Program-made: the position numbers and the translations under genes
Shown: positions 18,572-28,087 of the stretch, in pieces
Layout: each line of letters begins with the position of its first letter
Position numbering within the stretch: position 1 is the first letter of the stretch
Notes under the pieces: generated by a model
The model's input: only the letters and a program-made list of their open reading frames with translations
What the model was told of the DNA's origin: nothing
Databases searched by the model: none
DNA from: Dehalococcoidia bacterium
GTDB taxonomy: Bacteria; Chloroflexota; Dehalococcoidia; Bin125
NCBI GenBank assembly: GCA_965209205.1
Contig: CBDBQC010000003.1
Span: 897,872-961,871 of the forward strand
Direction: 5' to 3'
Length of the DNA stretch: 64,000 nucleotides

Positions 18572-19690
18572 CTAGAAGACATACTGCCCCCGCGCCCGCC
18601 GCAGCAGCAGCAGGAAGAACGGCCCCCCCACGATGCCCGTGATCACGCCCAGCGGCACCTCGGTGGGCGAGAGCAGCGTGCGCGCCGCCAGGTCGGCCAG
18701 GACGACGAACAGCGCCCCGTACAGCGCCGACGCCCACAGCAAGCGCCGCTGGTCGGGGCCGATGAGCAGGCGCAGGACGTGCGGCGTCACCAGCCCCACG
18801 AACGCCACCAGCCCGGCCGCCGCGACGGCCGCCGCCGTCATCAGCGAGGAGGCGGCGATCAGGATCAGCTTCGTCTGCTCGACGCGGACGCCCAGCGCGT
18901 GGGCGTGCTCCTCGCCCAGCGCCAGCGCGTTGAGCGGCTGCGCCAGCGCTCGCGCCACCAGCAGCCCCGTCGCGACGAACGGCCCCAGCAACAGGAACTG
19001 GTCCCAGCCGACCGTGCCCACGCCGCCCAGCAGCCAGGAGAAGATCGCGCCGAGCCGGAACTGCGAGTCGCTCTGCGTGAGCATCAGAAACGACATCGAG
19101 GCCGTCAGGAACGCCCCCACCGCGACGCCCGCCAGTAGCAGCGTCGTCACCGCCACGCGACCGTTCGAGCGGGCCAGGAAGTAGACCAGCAGCACCGTCG
19201 CCAGGCTGCCGGCGAAGGCCAGCGCCGGCACCCAGGAGAAGCCGTAGATGATGAACCCCGCCTGCGGCGCGATCAGGAAGCCGATCACCGCCGCGAACGC
19301 CGCGCCGCTGCTGGCCCCAATGATGAACGGGTCGACCAGCGGGTTGCGGAAGACGCCCTGGAAGATCACGCCGGACGCGCTGAGCGCCGCCCCCACGACG
19401 GCCGCCGAGATCACGCGCGGCAGACGGATCTCGCGCAGGATCGTCGCCTCCGCGTCGGTCCAGCGCTGCTCCAGATGCACGAGCGGCAGCGAGTCGGCGA
19501 GGATGCGCAGCGTGTCGCCCAGCCCGATCGACGCCGACCCCACGGCCGTCGCGCCCGCCACCGCGCACAGCAGCAGCAGCGCCCCCAGGCCGTAGAGCAG
19601 GGCCGCCCCGGGCACGCCCCGCCCGGCGAGCCGGCGCCCGCCCGCCAGGAGCGGCAGGGGCCGTTGCAGCGGCAGACGCTGGGCGGTCAT
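18572..19690 (-). CDS. FecCD-family ABC permease (BtuC/FepD-like)
   Basis: 372 aa with ~9-10 TM segments and typical FecCD family organisation. Confidence 0.8.
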   Translation of the reverse strand: MTAQRLPLQRPLPLLAGGRRLAGRGVPGAALLYGLGALLLLCAVAGATAVGSASIGLGDTLRILADSLPLVHLEQRWTDAEATILREIRLPRVISAAVVGAALSASGVIFQGVFRNPLVDPFIIGASSGAAFAAVIGFLIAPQAGFIIYGFSWVPALAFAGSLATVLLVYFLARSNGRVAVTTLLLAGVAVGAFLTASMSFLMLTQSDSQFRLGAIFSWLLGGVGTVGWDQFLLLGPFVATGLLVARALAQPLNALALGEEHAHALGVRVEQTKLILIAASSLMTAAAVAAAGLVAFVGLVTPHVLRLLIGPDQRRLLWASALYGALFVVLADLAARTLLSPTEVPLGVITGIVGGPFFLLLLRRARGQYVF

Positions 19691-19706
19691 CGATCGCGCC
19701 GGCCCA

Positions 19707-20780
19707 TCATGCGGCCTCGTCCATCAGCGCCTGGGCCTCCGCCAGGATCTCCGCGACCCGCTCGAGCGCGTCCAGCAGGCCCACGCCGACGTTGAACAGC
19801 GTGCCGGGCAGGGGCACGACCATCCCGTCCTGCACGGCCGCGATCTCCGCCCAGCCCGTGCGCTCGCCCACGTCCGCCGCCGAGATCGGGTTGAACGACA
19901 ACTCATCGGCGAACTCCTTCGAGTTGAGCAGCAGGATCACCTCCGGGTCGGCGGCGATGATGCTCTCCCAGTTGACCTGCGGGAACGCGCCCTCCGCCCC
20001 CGCGAAGATGTTTGCGCCCCCCGCCAACTCGATGATCTCCTGGTGCAGCGACCCCGGTCCCACGCTGAACGGCTGCGACGGCGTCGATTGATCGACCTCC
20101 AGATACACCCGCGGCGGGCGCCCGGCGCCGGCGGCGACGGCTTGACTCACCGCCTCCAGCCGCGCGCCCAGATCATCGGCCAGCGTCTCCCCCGCCGCCT
20201 CATCGCCCAGCAGCCGGCCGAGGGTCCGCAGCTGCTCCAGCATCGTCGCCAGGCGGTCCGGGTAGGCCATCGAGTAGACGGGGAAGCCCAACGCCCGCGC
20301 TTGCTGCACGAGCTCTTCCGTCCCGCCAACCGCGACCAGGACCAGGTCGGGCTGCAACTCCGCGATCGCCTCGATGTTGAAGGTGAAGTTGTTGCCCCCC
20401 ACGCTGACCGCGTCGGGCGCCTTGGCGAGCGAGAAGTCGTCCACGCCCACCAACCGATCGACCAGGCCCAGATCGGCCACCAGGTCCACCACCGAGGGCA
20501 GCACCGCGACGACCCGCTCGGGACGCGCCTCCAGCGTGACCTCGACGCCGGTGTCGTCGGTCACGGTCAGCGGGAACACGTCGAGGGCGGGCGCGACGCT
20601 GCGCTCCACGTCGGCCGCCGTCACCGGGCCGGGCGCGGGCGCCGGCTCGTCGTCGCCGTCGCCGCCGCCATCGCCGCCGCAGGCCGACAGCGCCGGCAGC
20701 ACCAGCGCCAGCAGCGCGACCAGCGCCGCCGCCTTCCAGATCCAGCCCCAGTCCGCAGGCTTCTTCGTGTATCCGCGCAC
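19707..20780 (-). CDS. periplasmic-binding-protein-type (BtuF/FepB/TroA-like) ABC substrate-binding lipoprotein
   Basis: GTG start with RBS GAAAGGGG; signal peptide and lipobox LSAC followed by a GGDGGGDGDDEPAPAP linker. The start was placed downstream of the riboswitch terminator. Confidence 0.7.
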   Translation of the reverse strand: MRGYTKKPADWGWIWKAAALVALLALVLPALSACGGDGGGDGDDEPAPAPGPVTAADVERSVAPALDVFPLTVTDDTGVEVTLEARPERVVAVLPSVVDLVADLGLVDRLVGVDDFSLAKAPDAVSVGGNNFTFNIEAIAELQPDLVLVAVGGTEELVQQARALGFPVYSMAYPDRLATMLEQLRTLGRLLGDEAAGETLADDLGARLEAVSQAVAAGAGRPPRVYLEVDQSTPSQPFSVGPGSLHQEIIELAGGANIFAGAEGAFPQVNWESIIAADPEVILLLNSKEFADELSFNPISAADVGERTGWAEIAAVQDGMVVPLPGTLFNVGVGLLDALERVAEILAEAQALMDEAA

Positions 20781-20842
20781 GCCATGCCCCTTTCCAGCCT
20801 CGGGAGGGTCGGGACGGTGGGCGGTTCGCGGTGTCGGCGGGC

Positions 20843-21050
20843 CGAAAAAAAACGACCCGGCCGGCGCGGCGGGGTCGCACAGCGCCAAGCCCTTCCTCGA
20901 AGGCTTATGCAGCGTTCGGGACGACGCAGGTGTTCGGGCTCCCCCAGCGGCCGCGGCGCGGCGGCGGGGCTACCGTTGCGGGACAGCGCCGGATTTCGAC
21001 CGGCTTCCCCCGCGGCGTCCCAGTGATTGCGCGGTCAGTCTGTCAGCCCC
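20843..21050 (-). ncRNA. cobalamin (AdoCbl) riboswitch with intrinsic terminator as expression platform
   Basis: Minus-strand RNA contains GGGAAGCCGGUCGAAAUCCGGCGCUGUCCCGCAACGGUAGCC (matches the conserved Cbl aptamer core GGGAA..GGUG.AA.UCC...C.G.CCCGC.AC.GUA). A B12-box-like GAGCCCGAACACCUGCG follows, then hairpin CGACCC-N14-GGGUCG plus U8. Immediately upstream of the BtuF-like SBP. Confidence 0.75.
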
Positions 21051-21062
21051 CGCCGCCGCCGG

Positions 21063-21500
21063 TCAAGCGGTCCCGCCGTCGGCCCGCCAGACCGACACCC
21101 GCTCGACGCGCAGCCGGATCACGGGCCGATCGTCCAGCGCCATCGCCGCGTACTGCCGATAGCGCGCCCGCAGCGCCGCGACCGCCGCCGCCTGCTCGGG
21201 CCCCGGCGCCAGCACCGACGCCGCCCCCCGCAGCATCGCCCAGCGCAGCCGCGACCAGTCCTCGTCGTACACGTCCACCAGCAGCGCGGCGCGCGGATTC
21301 TCGGCGATGTTGCGCAGCCGCCGCAGCCGCAGCGTGGTCTTCGGCTTCTCGTCGATGACCACGTACGCGTCGTCGTCCACCAGCGCGAACACGACCGGCA
21401 CGACGTGCGGCGCGCCGTCGGCGCCGGCCGTCGCCAGCCGCCCCACGCGCTGCCCGTCGATGAACCGGCGCGTCTCCGCGTCGATCGGGGATGCGCTCAT
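21063..21500 (-). CDS. pyridoxamine 5'-phosphate oxidase family / PPOX-class (probable F420-dependent) protein
   Basis: [24 protein letters not shown]...; split-barrel FMN/F420-binding family resemblance. Confidence 0.6.
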   Translation of the reverse strand: MSASPIDAETRRFIDGQRVGRLATAGADGAPHVVPVVFALVDDDAYVVIDEKPKTTLRLRRLRNIAENPRAALLVDVYDEDWSRLRWAMLRGAASVLAPGPEQAAAVAALRARYRQYAAMALDDRPVIRLRVERVSVWRADGGTA

Positions 21501-21593
21501 GACGCCACCCTCACGCGGCCAGTATCGCGGCTATCATCGGGCTGCGCCGCTCGCCGCCCGCGCACGCGCGGCAGGACACGATATGGAGTCGCC

Positions 21594-21887
21594 ATGGCCC
21601 GCCCGGAAAAACTCGATGACGCCACCGTCGCGCAACGCGCCGCGGATCTGCCCGGCTGGTCCGTCGCCGACGGCAAGATCCGCCGCGCCTTCCAGTTCGA
21701 CGACTTCGTGGGCGCGTTCGCCTTCATGACCGCCGCCGCCCTCCAGGCCGAGAAGCTCGACCACCACCCGGAGTGGTTCAACGTCTACAACCGCGTCGTC
21801 GTCGATCTCTCGACGCACGACGCCGGCGGCGTGACCGAGCTCGACTTCCAGCTCGCCGCGGCGATGAACGCCATCGCCGGCGAATAG
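21594..21887 (+). CDS. 4a-hydroxytetrahydrobiopterin dehydratase (pterin-4a-carbinolamine dehydratase)
   Basis: 97 aa; ...LPGWSV...[60 protein letters not shown] has the PCD signature [EDK]x3HHPx5-6Yx3H-like core. Confidence 0.8.
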   Translation: MARPEKLDDATVAQRAADLPGWSVADGKIRRAFQFDDFVGAFAFMTAAALQAEKLDHHPEWFNVYNRVVVDLSTHDAGGVTELDFQLAAAMNAIAGE

Positions 21888-21935
21888 GCGCCGGCGAATA
21901 GGCGCCGGGGAGCCGCCGCCGCCGCCGCGGGCTGG

Positions 21936-22910
21936 TCAGAGCATCGCCCGCAACTGCGCGCGCGTCACGTTCGCGCCCGACACCACCAGCACCACCCGCT
22001 TGCCCCGCAGACGGCCGCCGCCCGCGTCCGCCTCGTGCAGCGCCGCCGCCGTGCTCGCCGCGCCGGCCGGCTCGGCCAGCACGTGCGCCAGGTCGAGCAG
22101 CGTCCGCACCCCCTCCTCGATCTCCGTGTCCTCGACCAGCAGGAAGTCGTCGAGCGACGCCAGGATGCCCAGCGGCCAGGCGAACGCCCCCGCCGTCGCA
22201 AGCCCCTCGGCGATCGTCGTGTTGGGCCGCTGCAGGGGCGTCCCCGCCCGCCAGGAGTCGTGCAGCGCCGGCGCCTGCGCCGACTGCACCGCCCAGATGC
22301 GCGCCCCGTGCGCCAGCCCGTCGCGCACCGTCACCCAGCCGCAGCCGCCCGACCCGCCCCCCGCCGGCACGATCACGACCTCCGTCTCGGGCCCCTGATC
22401 CTCCAGCACCTCCAGCGCCGCCGTGCCCACCCCCGCCACCAGCCGCGGCTCGTCCGACGAGTGCACGTAGCGCATCCCGCGCTCGGCCGCGAACTCCTCC
22501 GCCGCCCGCCGCGCGTCGTCGTAGCGCGCCCCGCGCAGCGTCACCTCCGCGCCCAGCCGCCGCATCGACGCCACCTTGTCGGCGTTCGCCCCCTCCGGCG
22601 CGAAGACGTGCGCCCGCACCCCGAAGCGCTGGGCGGCGTACGCGATCGACTGCCCGTGGTTCCCCGTCGATGCGACCACCACGCCCGTCTCCCGCTCGGC
22701 CGCCGGCAGTTGCGAGATCAGGTTGATGCCGCCGCGCAGCTTGAAGACGCTGATCGGGTTGGCCGTCTCCAGCTTCAGCGAGACGTGCGCCTCGAGCCGC
22801 TCCGACAGCCCCGGGCTGTAGACCAGCGGCGTCGGCAACGGCACGTGCGCCGCGATGGTCGCCGCCGCGTCGCGCACGTCGTCGAGGGTGGGGGGTGTGG
22901 GGGAGGTCAT
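21936..22910 (-). CDS. PLP-dependent threonine/serine dehydratase (no regulatory ACT domain)
   Basis: SVFKLRGG...STGNHGQS...GGGSGGCG motifs of the beta-family PLP enzymes. Confidence 0.75.
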   Translation of the reverse strand: MTSPTPPTLDDVRDAAATIAAHVPLPTPLVYSPGLSERLEAHVSLKLETANPISVFKLRGGINLISQLPAAERETGVVVASTGNHGQSIAYAAQRFGVRAHVFAPEGANADKVASMRRLGAEVTLRGARYDDARRAAEEFAAERGMRYVHSSDEPRLVAGVGTAALEVLEDQGPETEVVIVPAGGGSGGCGWVTVRDGLAHGARIWAVQSAQAPALHDSWRAGTPLQRPNTTIAEGLATAGAFAWPLGILASLDDFLLVEDTEIEEGVRTLLDLAHVLAEPAGAASTAAALHEADAGGGRLRGKRVVLVVSGANVTRAQLRAML

Positions 22911-23111
22911 CGGTACAGGCTACGCGCGATGGCGACGGTGGGTTTTGAGGTTCCCGCTTTCGTGGCTCCCATCCCGCCCATTGTGCTGGCTTGTGCGGCG
23001 GGTCGCAGCGGACCAGGGAGCGTCGGAGGCCACGTGCGCAGGGATTCCGGCTGAGCCAGCCTTGTGTTGCCCCGAGGGCTCCCCTAGACTCCGCCTCAAG
23101 GTGGGCAGCAC

Positions 23112-25703
23112 ATGCGCAACGCATTTTGCGACAGCGACGATCTACACAACGAGGCGGATGTCGAGGCACTCTTCGCCGAGCCGCTGCTTCACGCGCTCGG
23201 CTACGCCGACAATCGAATCCGGCGGAAGGCTGCGATCCAGGAAGTCACACTCCCGACGACTGGTGCTCACGGGGAACGATACCGTCCAGACTACATTCTT
23301 CACGACTCGACCGGACAGTCAGTCGTTGTTGTTGATGCCAAGCACCCGGATGAAGACCCCAGCGACTACCGGTATCAGGTCACCGGTTACGCGCTCCTGA
23401 TCAACCAGCGCCACGAAGACAACCCACTCCGCTACTGCGTACTCACTAACGGACTCAAGACGGAGCTGCTGGAATGGGATCGTGACGGTCCAATCTTGGC
23501 ACTTCGATTCCAGGATTTCGATTCCGGCAATGAGGCTTTGACCGCACTCCGTTCTACCATAGGCTACGGCGTCTTCAACCAAGAACGGCAGGTCAAGGAC
23601 GTAAGACCAAACTACCACCGACCAACGATCAGTGAAATTATCGCGTCGTTCGCCGACGCCCACAACACGATCTGGAAGAAGGAGAAGATCGGTCCGACGA
23701 AGGCGTTTTATGAGTTGGCGAAGCTATTGTTCGTCAAGCTCCGCCAAGACCGGCTAATCCATGAGAAGATCGCGCAAGGGGAGCAGCCTCGCAGAGATGA
23801 CTTCTTCTTCACAGTCGACTGGGTCAGCCGGCAACCGACAGACAACCCGATCGCAGAACCGCTCTTCAGCGCCATTCAGAAGCAAATGGAGGCGGAGATC
23901 ATTGCGAAGGAGAAGAAGCGCATCTTCCTCTCTGGCGAATCGATCAACCTGCGACCATCGACGATCTTGGAGGTTGTGCGGACACTTGAGGAATCTGACC
24001 TCCATGGTATCGATGAGGATCTGAATGGCCGCATGTTCGAGACATTCCTGAACGCGACAGTGCGCGGCAGAGAGCTCGGGCAGTACTTCACGCCTCGACC
24101 AGTAGTCAAGTACATGACGAAGTCAGCTCGCCTGAGTGTCGTCAACCGTCAGTTGCCCCGAGTCATTGATGCATGTTGCGGCAGCGGCGGCTTCCTTATT
24201 GAAGCGCTCGCAATGTTGTCCCAAGCGATCCAGAGCAGTGCCCACCTTACGAACAAAGAGCAAGCTGAACTGCAAGCGCTGCTGGAGAGGGATACTCTCT
24301 ATGGCATCGAAGCGAACGAAGAGATCGGTCGTGTCGCCCGACTCAACATGTACCTGCATGGAGACGGCGGCAGCCGCATCTACATAGCGGATTCACTGGA
24401 CAAAGAGTTGGCCGGCGAGGAGGGCCTGGAGACCGAGCCCCGACAGCAACTCGATGAATTGCGCTCGCAGCTGATCGACAACGGTGTGCGTTTCGACGTG
24501 GCGCTGACGAACCCTCCGTTCAGTATGTCCTACTCCAAGAAGAAAACTGACGAACGGCGGATTCTCCAGCAGTATGCGATCGTCAGCAGCGATACCACGC
24601 ACTCTAACGTGCTGTTCCTGGAACGCTACCATGATTTGTTGGAGGAAGAGGGGGAGCTGCTCACGATCATAGACGACACTGTCCTCAATGGCGTGAATGC
24701 TGCCGAGTTCCGTCGCTTCATCCGCGACAAGTTCATAATCCGGCAAGTGGTGTCACTGCCATTCAATACGTTCTTCCGAGCGCAAGCCAATATCAAGACT
24801 TCCATGCTTCACCTTCGACGACGTCGGCCGGGTGAACGGCAAGGGGACGTCTTCATGGCGATCACGAACAACGTGGGACATGATGATAGCAAGCGCGACA
24901 CCCCACACCGTGACAATCTCCCCGAGGTCGCGAACCTGTTCACCGACTGGGACGAACACGGGGTTGAGCCCAATCTGTTCCGCGAGGCGGACTCCGACGA
25001 GCCGCTGAGTTGTCCACTGCAGGTCTTCGCTGTGCCAGCAGAGGAACTCAGCGCCGACCGCCTTGACGCCTTCTACTACGCACCGGAGTTGCGCAGGCTA
25101 CAGAGACGCTTGGAATCCCAGGCCGACGCTGCTGAGATCGTGCTGAGGACGGGTGCTGAGTTCACCTTGGTGCCGAGTTTGTCGAAGGCGCAGAACGAGG
25201 ACTTACGCGGCACGACTAGGCAATACATCGAGATAACGAGCGTCACGCGCGATGGTATGATCGTGATGCCAACGCAGGATCTCTTCGAGGAGTTGCCGAC
25301 TCGCGGCCAGCTCATGGTCGAGCCGAATGACGTGCTCTTCGCGAAGAACAACAGCTCGCGAGGCACAGCCGTACTCGTGCCGGAGTGGTTCAGTGGCGGG
25401 ATCGCCACGACCGGCTTCATCAACGTTCGGCCCGAGGACGAGGAGGAGGCTCTGATCCTATGGACCGTATTCCGATCGGAAGTCTGGCGGAAGCAGGTTT
25501 ACTACCTCGCGATCACAGCGAGTCAGCCGGAAGTGCGAGAGCATATCTTCCTCGATGAAATGCTCATCCCCTGGCCCGCGACAGAGGAGCAACGCACGAA
25601 GATAGTTGAGAGCGCGCGAGCCATGCTGCGAGCACGTGAGACCGAGAGGCTTGCCGCTGAGGAGAACCGGCGGACGCTCGATGACATGCTGGCCTCAGAC
25701 TGA
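23112..25703 (+). CDS. single-chain Type IIG (MmeI-like) restriction-modification enzyme: N-terminal PD-(D/E)xK (HsdR_N-type) nuclease, gamma-class N6-adenine methyltransferase, C-terminal target-recognition region
   Basis: N-terminus RPDYILHD...VVVVDAKHPDE (D...D-x-K nuclease motif, HsdR_N-like). Motif I VIDACCGSGGFLIEA; motif IV LTNPPFS; ~350-aa C-terminal region of TRD size. GC ~55% against a ~70% background. Confidence 0.7.
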   Translation: MRNAFCDSDDLHNEADVEALFAEPLLHALGYADNRIRRKAAIQEVTLPTTGAHGERYRPDYILHDSTGQSVVVVDAKHPDEDPSDYRYQVTGYALLINQRHEDNPLRYCVLTNGLKTELLEWDRDGPILALRFQDFDSGNEALTALRSTIGYGVFNQERQVKDVRPNYHRPTISEIIASFADAHNTIWKKEKIGPTKAFYELAKLLFVKLRQDRLIHEKIAQGEQPRRDDFFFTVDWVSRQPTDNPIAEPLFSAIQKQMEAEIIAKEKKRIFLSGESINLRPSTILEVVRTLEESDLHGIDEDLNGRMFETFLNATVRGRELGQYFTPRPVVKYMTKSARLSVVNRQLPRVIDACCGSGGFLIEALAMLSQAIQSSAHLTNKEQAELQALLERDTLYGIEANEEIGRVARLNMYLHGDGGSRIYIADSLDKELAGEEGLETEPRQQLDELRSQLIDNGVRFDVALTNPPFSMSYSKKKTDERRILQQYAIVSSDTTHSNVLFLERYHDLLEEEGELLTIIDDTVLNGVNAAEFRRFIRDKFIIRQVVSLPFNTFFRAQANIKTSMLHLRRRRPGERQGDVFMAITNNVGHDDSKRDTPHRDNLPEVANLFTDWDEHGVEPNLFREADSDEPLSCPLQVFAVPAEELSADRLDAFYYAPELRRLQRRLESQADAAEIVLRTGAEFTLVPSLSKAQNEDLRGTTRQYIEITSVTRDGMIVMPTQDLFEELPTRGQLMVEPNDVLFAKNNSSRGTAVLVPEWFSGGIATTGFINVRPEDEEEALILWTVFRSEVWRKQVYYLAITASQPEVREHIFLDEMLIPWPATEEQRTKIVESARAMLRARETERLAAEENRRTLDDMLASD

Positions 25704-25802
25704 GATCACCGCCAACTGTGTCGCGTTCGACCCCCGCGTGACTCCCCTTGAGACGCTCGCGTCTCCCCGGCTTGCGCCCAGCCTGGCCCATCCGCGACGC
25801 CG

Positions 25803-26324
25803 TCACCGGTACTTCCGGCGCTGCTGCTCCTGCAGGCCCGCGATGGTCTCCGCCGCGCGACCGTAGATGTCGGGCGGATCCCAGCCGTTCATGCCGGCGT
25901 AGGTGTCGATCTGGCTGCGATGGTGGATGTCGTGCTCCGTCATCAGCAGCAGCACGCGCCAGCCCGACATCGCGCCGCCGCTGTCGATCATCTCCACCTT
26001 GCGATGCAGCCACGCATCGGGCGTCTCCTCGAGCAGCGACCGCAGTCGCGCCGCGCTCTCCTCGAGCACCGGCAGCCAGCGCTCCTGCGTCGAGACGTCG
26101 GGCGGCTCGGGCGTGACCCAGCCCTCGCCGCGGTAGGCGCTGGCGAAGTACAGCCGCGCCGTCGCCATGTGCCCCACGAGGCCGTTGATGGTCCAGGCCT
26201 TCTCGCCCTCCCCCTGCGACGGCCGCCAGCCGTCGGCCTGCGGCGGCAGCGCCGCGACATCGCGGATCGCCCGCCGGTGCACGCCGCCGAAGTAGCGCAG
26301 GAACTCGTCGATCGAAGTCAGCAT
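25803..26324 (-). CDS. DinB-family (DinB_2) damage-inducible-like protein
   Basis: 173 aa, four-helix DinB/YfiT-like with a conserved His triad context (...GLVGHMATARLYFA...TEHDIHHRSQI). Confidence 0.6.
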   Translation of the reverse strand: MLTSIDEFLRYFGGVHRRAIRDVAALPPQADGWRPSQGEGEKAWTINGLVGHMATARLYFASAYRGEGWVTPEPPDVSTQERWLPVLEESAARLRSLLEETPDAWLHRKVEMIDSGGAMSGWRVLLLMTEHDIHHRSQIDTYAGMNGWDPPDIYGRAAETIAGLQEQQRRKYR

Positions 26325-26367
26325 CGCCGCTCTCCTTCCGTCGCCCGCGCACCGCGCCGGCGCCTGA

Positions 26368-27102
26368 TCACGAAAACAGTGCCCCCTGCCGCGTGCCCAG
26401 CGGCGTCTGCGTGGCCAATTCCGCTTCGGGGTCGAGGGCCAGGCAATCGGGGTCGTCGTTGCGCACCGAGTTCACCCGCCGCGAGACCGCCTCCCCCACC
26501 AGCAGCGATTCCGGGGCGGGACGCAGCAGCTCCCACACGACCTCCGGCTCGTTGCCCGGATACACCCATTCCGCCGCGTCGTCGGCGCTCAGGACGACCG
26601 GCATGCGGTCGTGGATCGGCGCGACCGTCGGGTTGGCCGCGGTCGTTAGGATCGTGAACGTGCGCCGCCAGTCGTCGTCGCCCGCCCGCCACGATTCGTA
26701 CAGGCCGGCCAGCAGGATCAGGCCGCCCTCGGGCCGGTGGAACCAGACCGGCTGCCGCGCCGACTTCGGCCCCGTCCATTCGAGGAAGCCGTCGGCCGGG
26801 ACGAGGCAGCGACGCCGCTTCTCCCACGCGGCCCGGTAGGCGCGCCGCCGCGGCACGTCCTCGGCGCGCGCGTTGATCTGCGCCCCGGCGCGCTTGGCGT
26901 CGGTCGCCCAGGTGTTGACCAGCCCCCAGCGGGCGGGCAGCGCCTGCCGCGCCTCCTGTCGCTCCCGCACGATGACGTGCGGCTGCGTGGGGGCGATGTT
27001 GTAGCGCGGCCGATGGCCGGTCGCCTCGATGGCGGCCGGGTCGACGCCCAGCGCCGCCGCGATCTCCGCCACCCCGGCCGTGAGCGTGAATCGAGCGCAC
27101 AT
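26368..27102 (-). CDS. SOS-response-associated peptidase (SRAP/YedK, abasic-site processing protein)
   Basis: N-terminal MCARF... (catalytic Cys2), ...RYNIAPTQ...; full-length SRAP family similarity. Confidence 0.8.
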   Translation of the reverse strand: MCARFTLTAGVAEIAAALGVDPAAIEATGHRPRYNIAPTQPHVIVRERQEARQALPARWGLVNTWATDAKRAGAQINARAEDVPRRRAYRAAWEKRRRCLVPADGFLEWTGPKSARQPVWFHRPEGGLILLAGLYESWRAGDDDWRRTFTILTTAANPTVAPIHDRMPVVLSADDAAEWVYPGNEPEVVWELLRPAPESLLVGEAVSRRVNSVRNDDPDCLALDPEAELATQTPLGTRQGALFS

Positions 27103-27223
27103 ACCCGCAGTCTAGCGACGCGTCGCGGCTTGCCACCGCCTGCGGCAGCCGCGACCATTGCCGGGCATCGCGGCCGCCACCGCGCTGGGGACTGCACTTG
27201 GAGGATGGCCATTGGAGGATAGG

Positions 27224-28045
27224 ATGAACGATACCGTGCTCGTCGATCTCCGGGACGACGGCGTCGCGCTGGTCACGCTGAATCGCCCCGAGTCGCTCAA
27301 CGCGATGAACACCGACCTGAGCGACGCCCTGCGGGCGGCCCTCGCCGATCTCGCCGACGACCCGGCCGTGCGCTGCGTCGCCCTCACCGGCCAGGGCCGC
27401 GCCTTCTGCGCCGGCGGCGATGTCAAGTCGATGCGCGACCGCTCCCGGCAGGAGGGCATCGGCCCCGACGGCGAATACCACACCGACGTCGCGATCCGGG
27501 CCATGCAGGACCGCCAACTCGAGACCAGCGGCCTGCTGCACACGATGCCCAAGCCGACCGTCGCGCTGGTCAACGGCTACGCCATGGGCGCGGGCTTCAG
27601 CTTCGCCCTGGCCTGCGACCTGCGGCTCTGCTCCGAGAAGGCGAAGTTCGGCATGGCCTTCCGCAACGTCGGGCTGCCCGGCGACTTCGGCGGCGCCTAC
27701 TTCCTGCCGCGCGTCGTGGGGCAGGGCCTCGCCCGCGAGATCTACTTCACCGGCGAGGTGATCGACGCCGAGCGCGCCCAGGCGATCGGCCTGGTCAACC
27801 GCGTCTACCCCGCCGACGACTTCCTCCCCCAGGCGCTCGACTACGCCGGGCGCCTCGCCCAGGGGCCGACCAAGGCGCTGGGCCGGATGAAGGCGAATCT
27901 CAACCGCTCGGGCGAGGGCGCCGGCATGGAGGAGGTCCTGATGTCGGAGGCGATCAACACGCGCATGTCGCGCGAGGACCACGATCACGCCGGCGCCGTG
28001 GAAGCCTTCATCCGCGGCGACAAGCCCGTCTTTCGCGGGCGCTGA
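27224..28045 (+). CDS. enoyl-CoA hydratase/isomerase (crotonase) family protein 1
   Basis: VALVTLNRPESLNAM...FCAGGDVK...VNGYAMGAGFSFALACDLRL...PVFRGR. Confidence 0.8.
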   Translation: MNDTVLVDLRDDGVALVTLNRPESLNAMNTDLSDALRAALADLADDPAVRCVALTGQGRAFCAGGDVKSMRDRSRQEGIGPDGEYHTDVAIRAMQDRQLETSGLLHTMPKPTVALVNGYAMGAGFSFALACDLRLCSEKAKFGMAFRNVGLPGDFGGAYFLPRVVGQGLAREIYFTGEVIDAERAQAIGLVNRVYPADDFLPQALDYAGRLAQGPTKALGRMKANLNRSGEGAGMEEVLMSEAINTRMSREDHDHAGAVEAFIRGDKPVFRGR

Positions 28046-28087
28046 TCCCCGCCGCGCGCAGCGACCCGCGACACCCCTGGAGGACCC

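Noticed and set aside
25704-25803. Hairpin GAGACG-CTCG-CGTCTC after the Type IIG gene as a terminator.
   Set aside because: A 6-bp stem with no U-tract. At most it is a weak bidirectional terminator between convergent genes, and it is not called as a feature.
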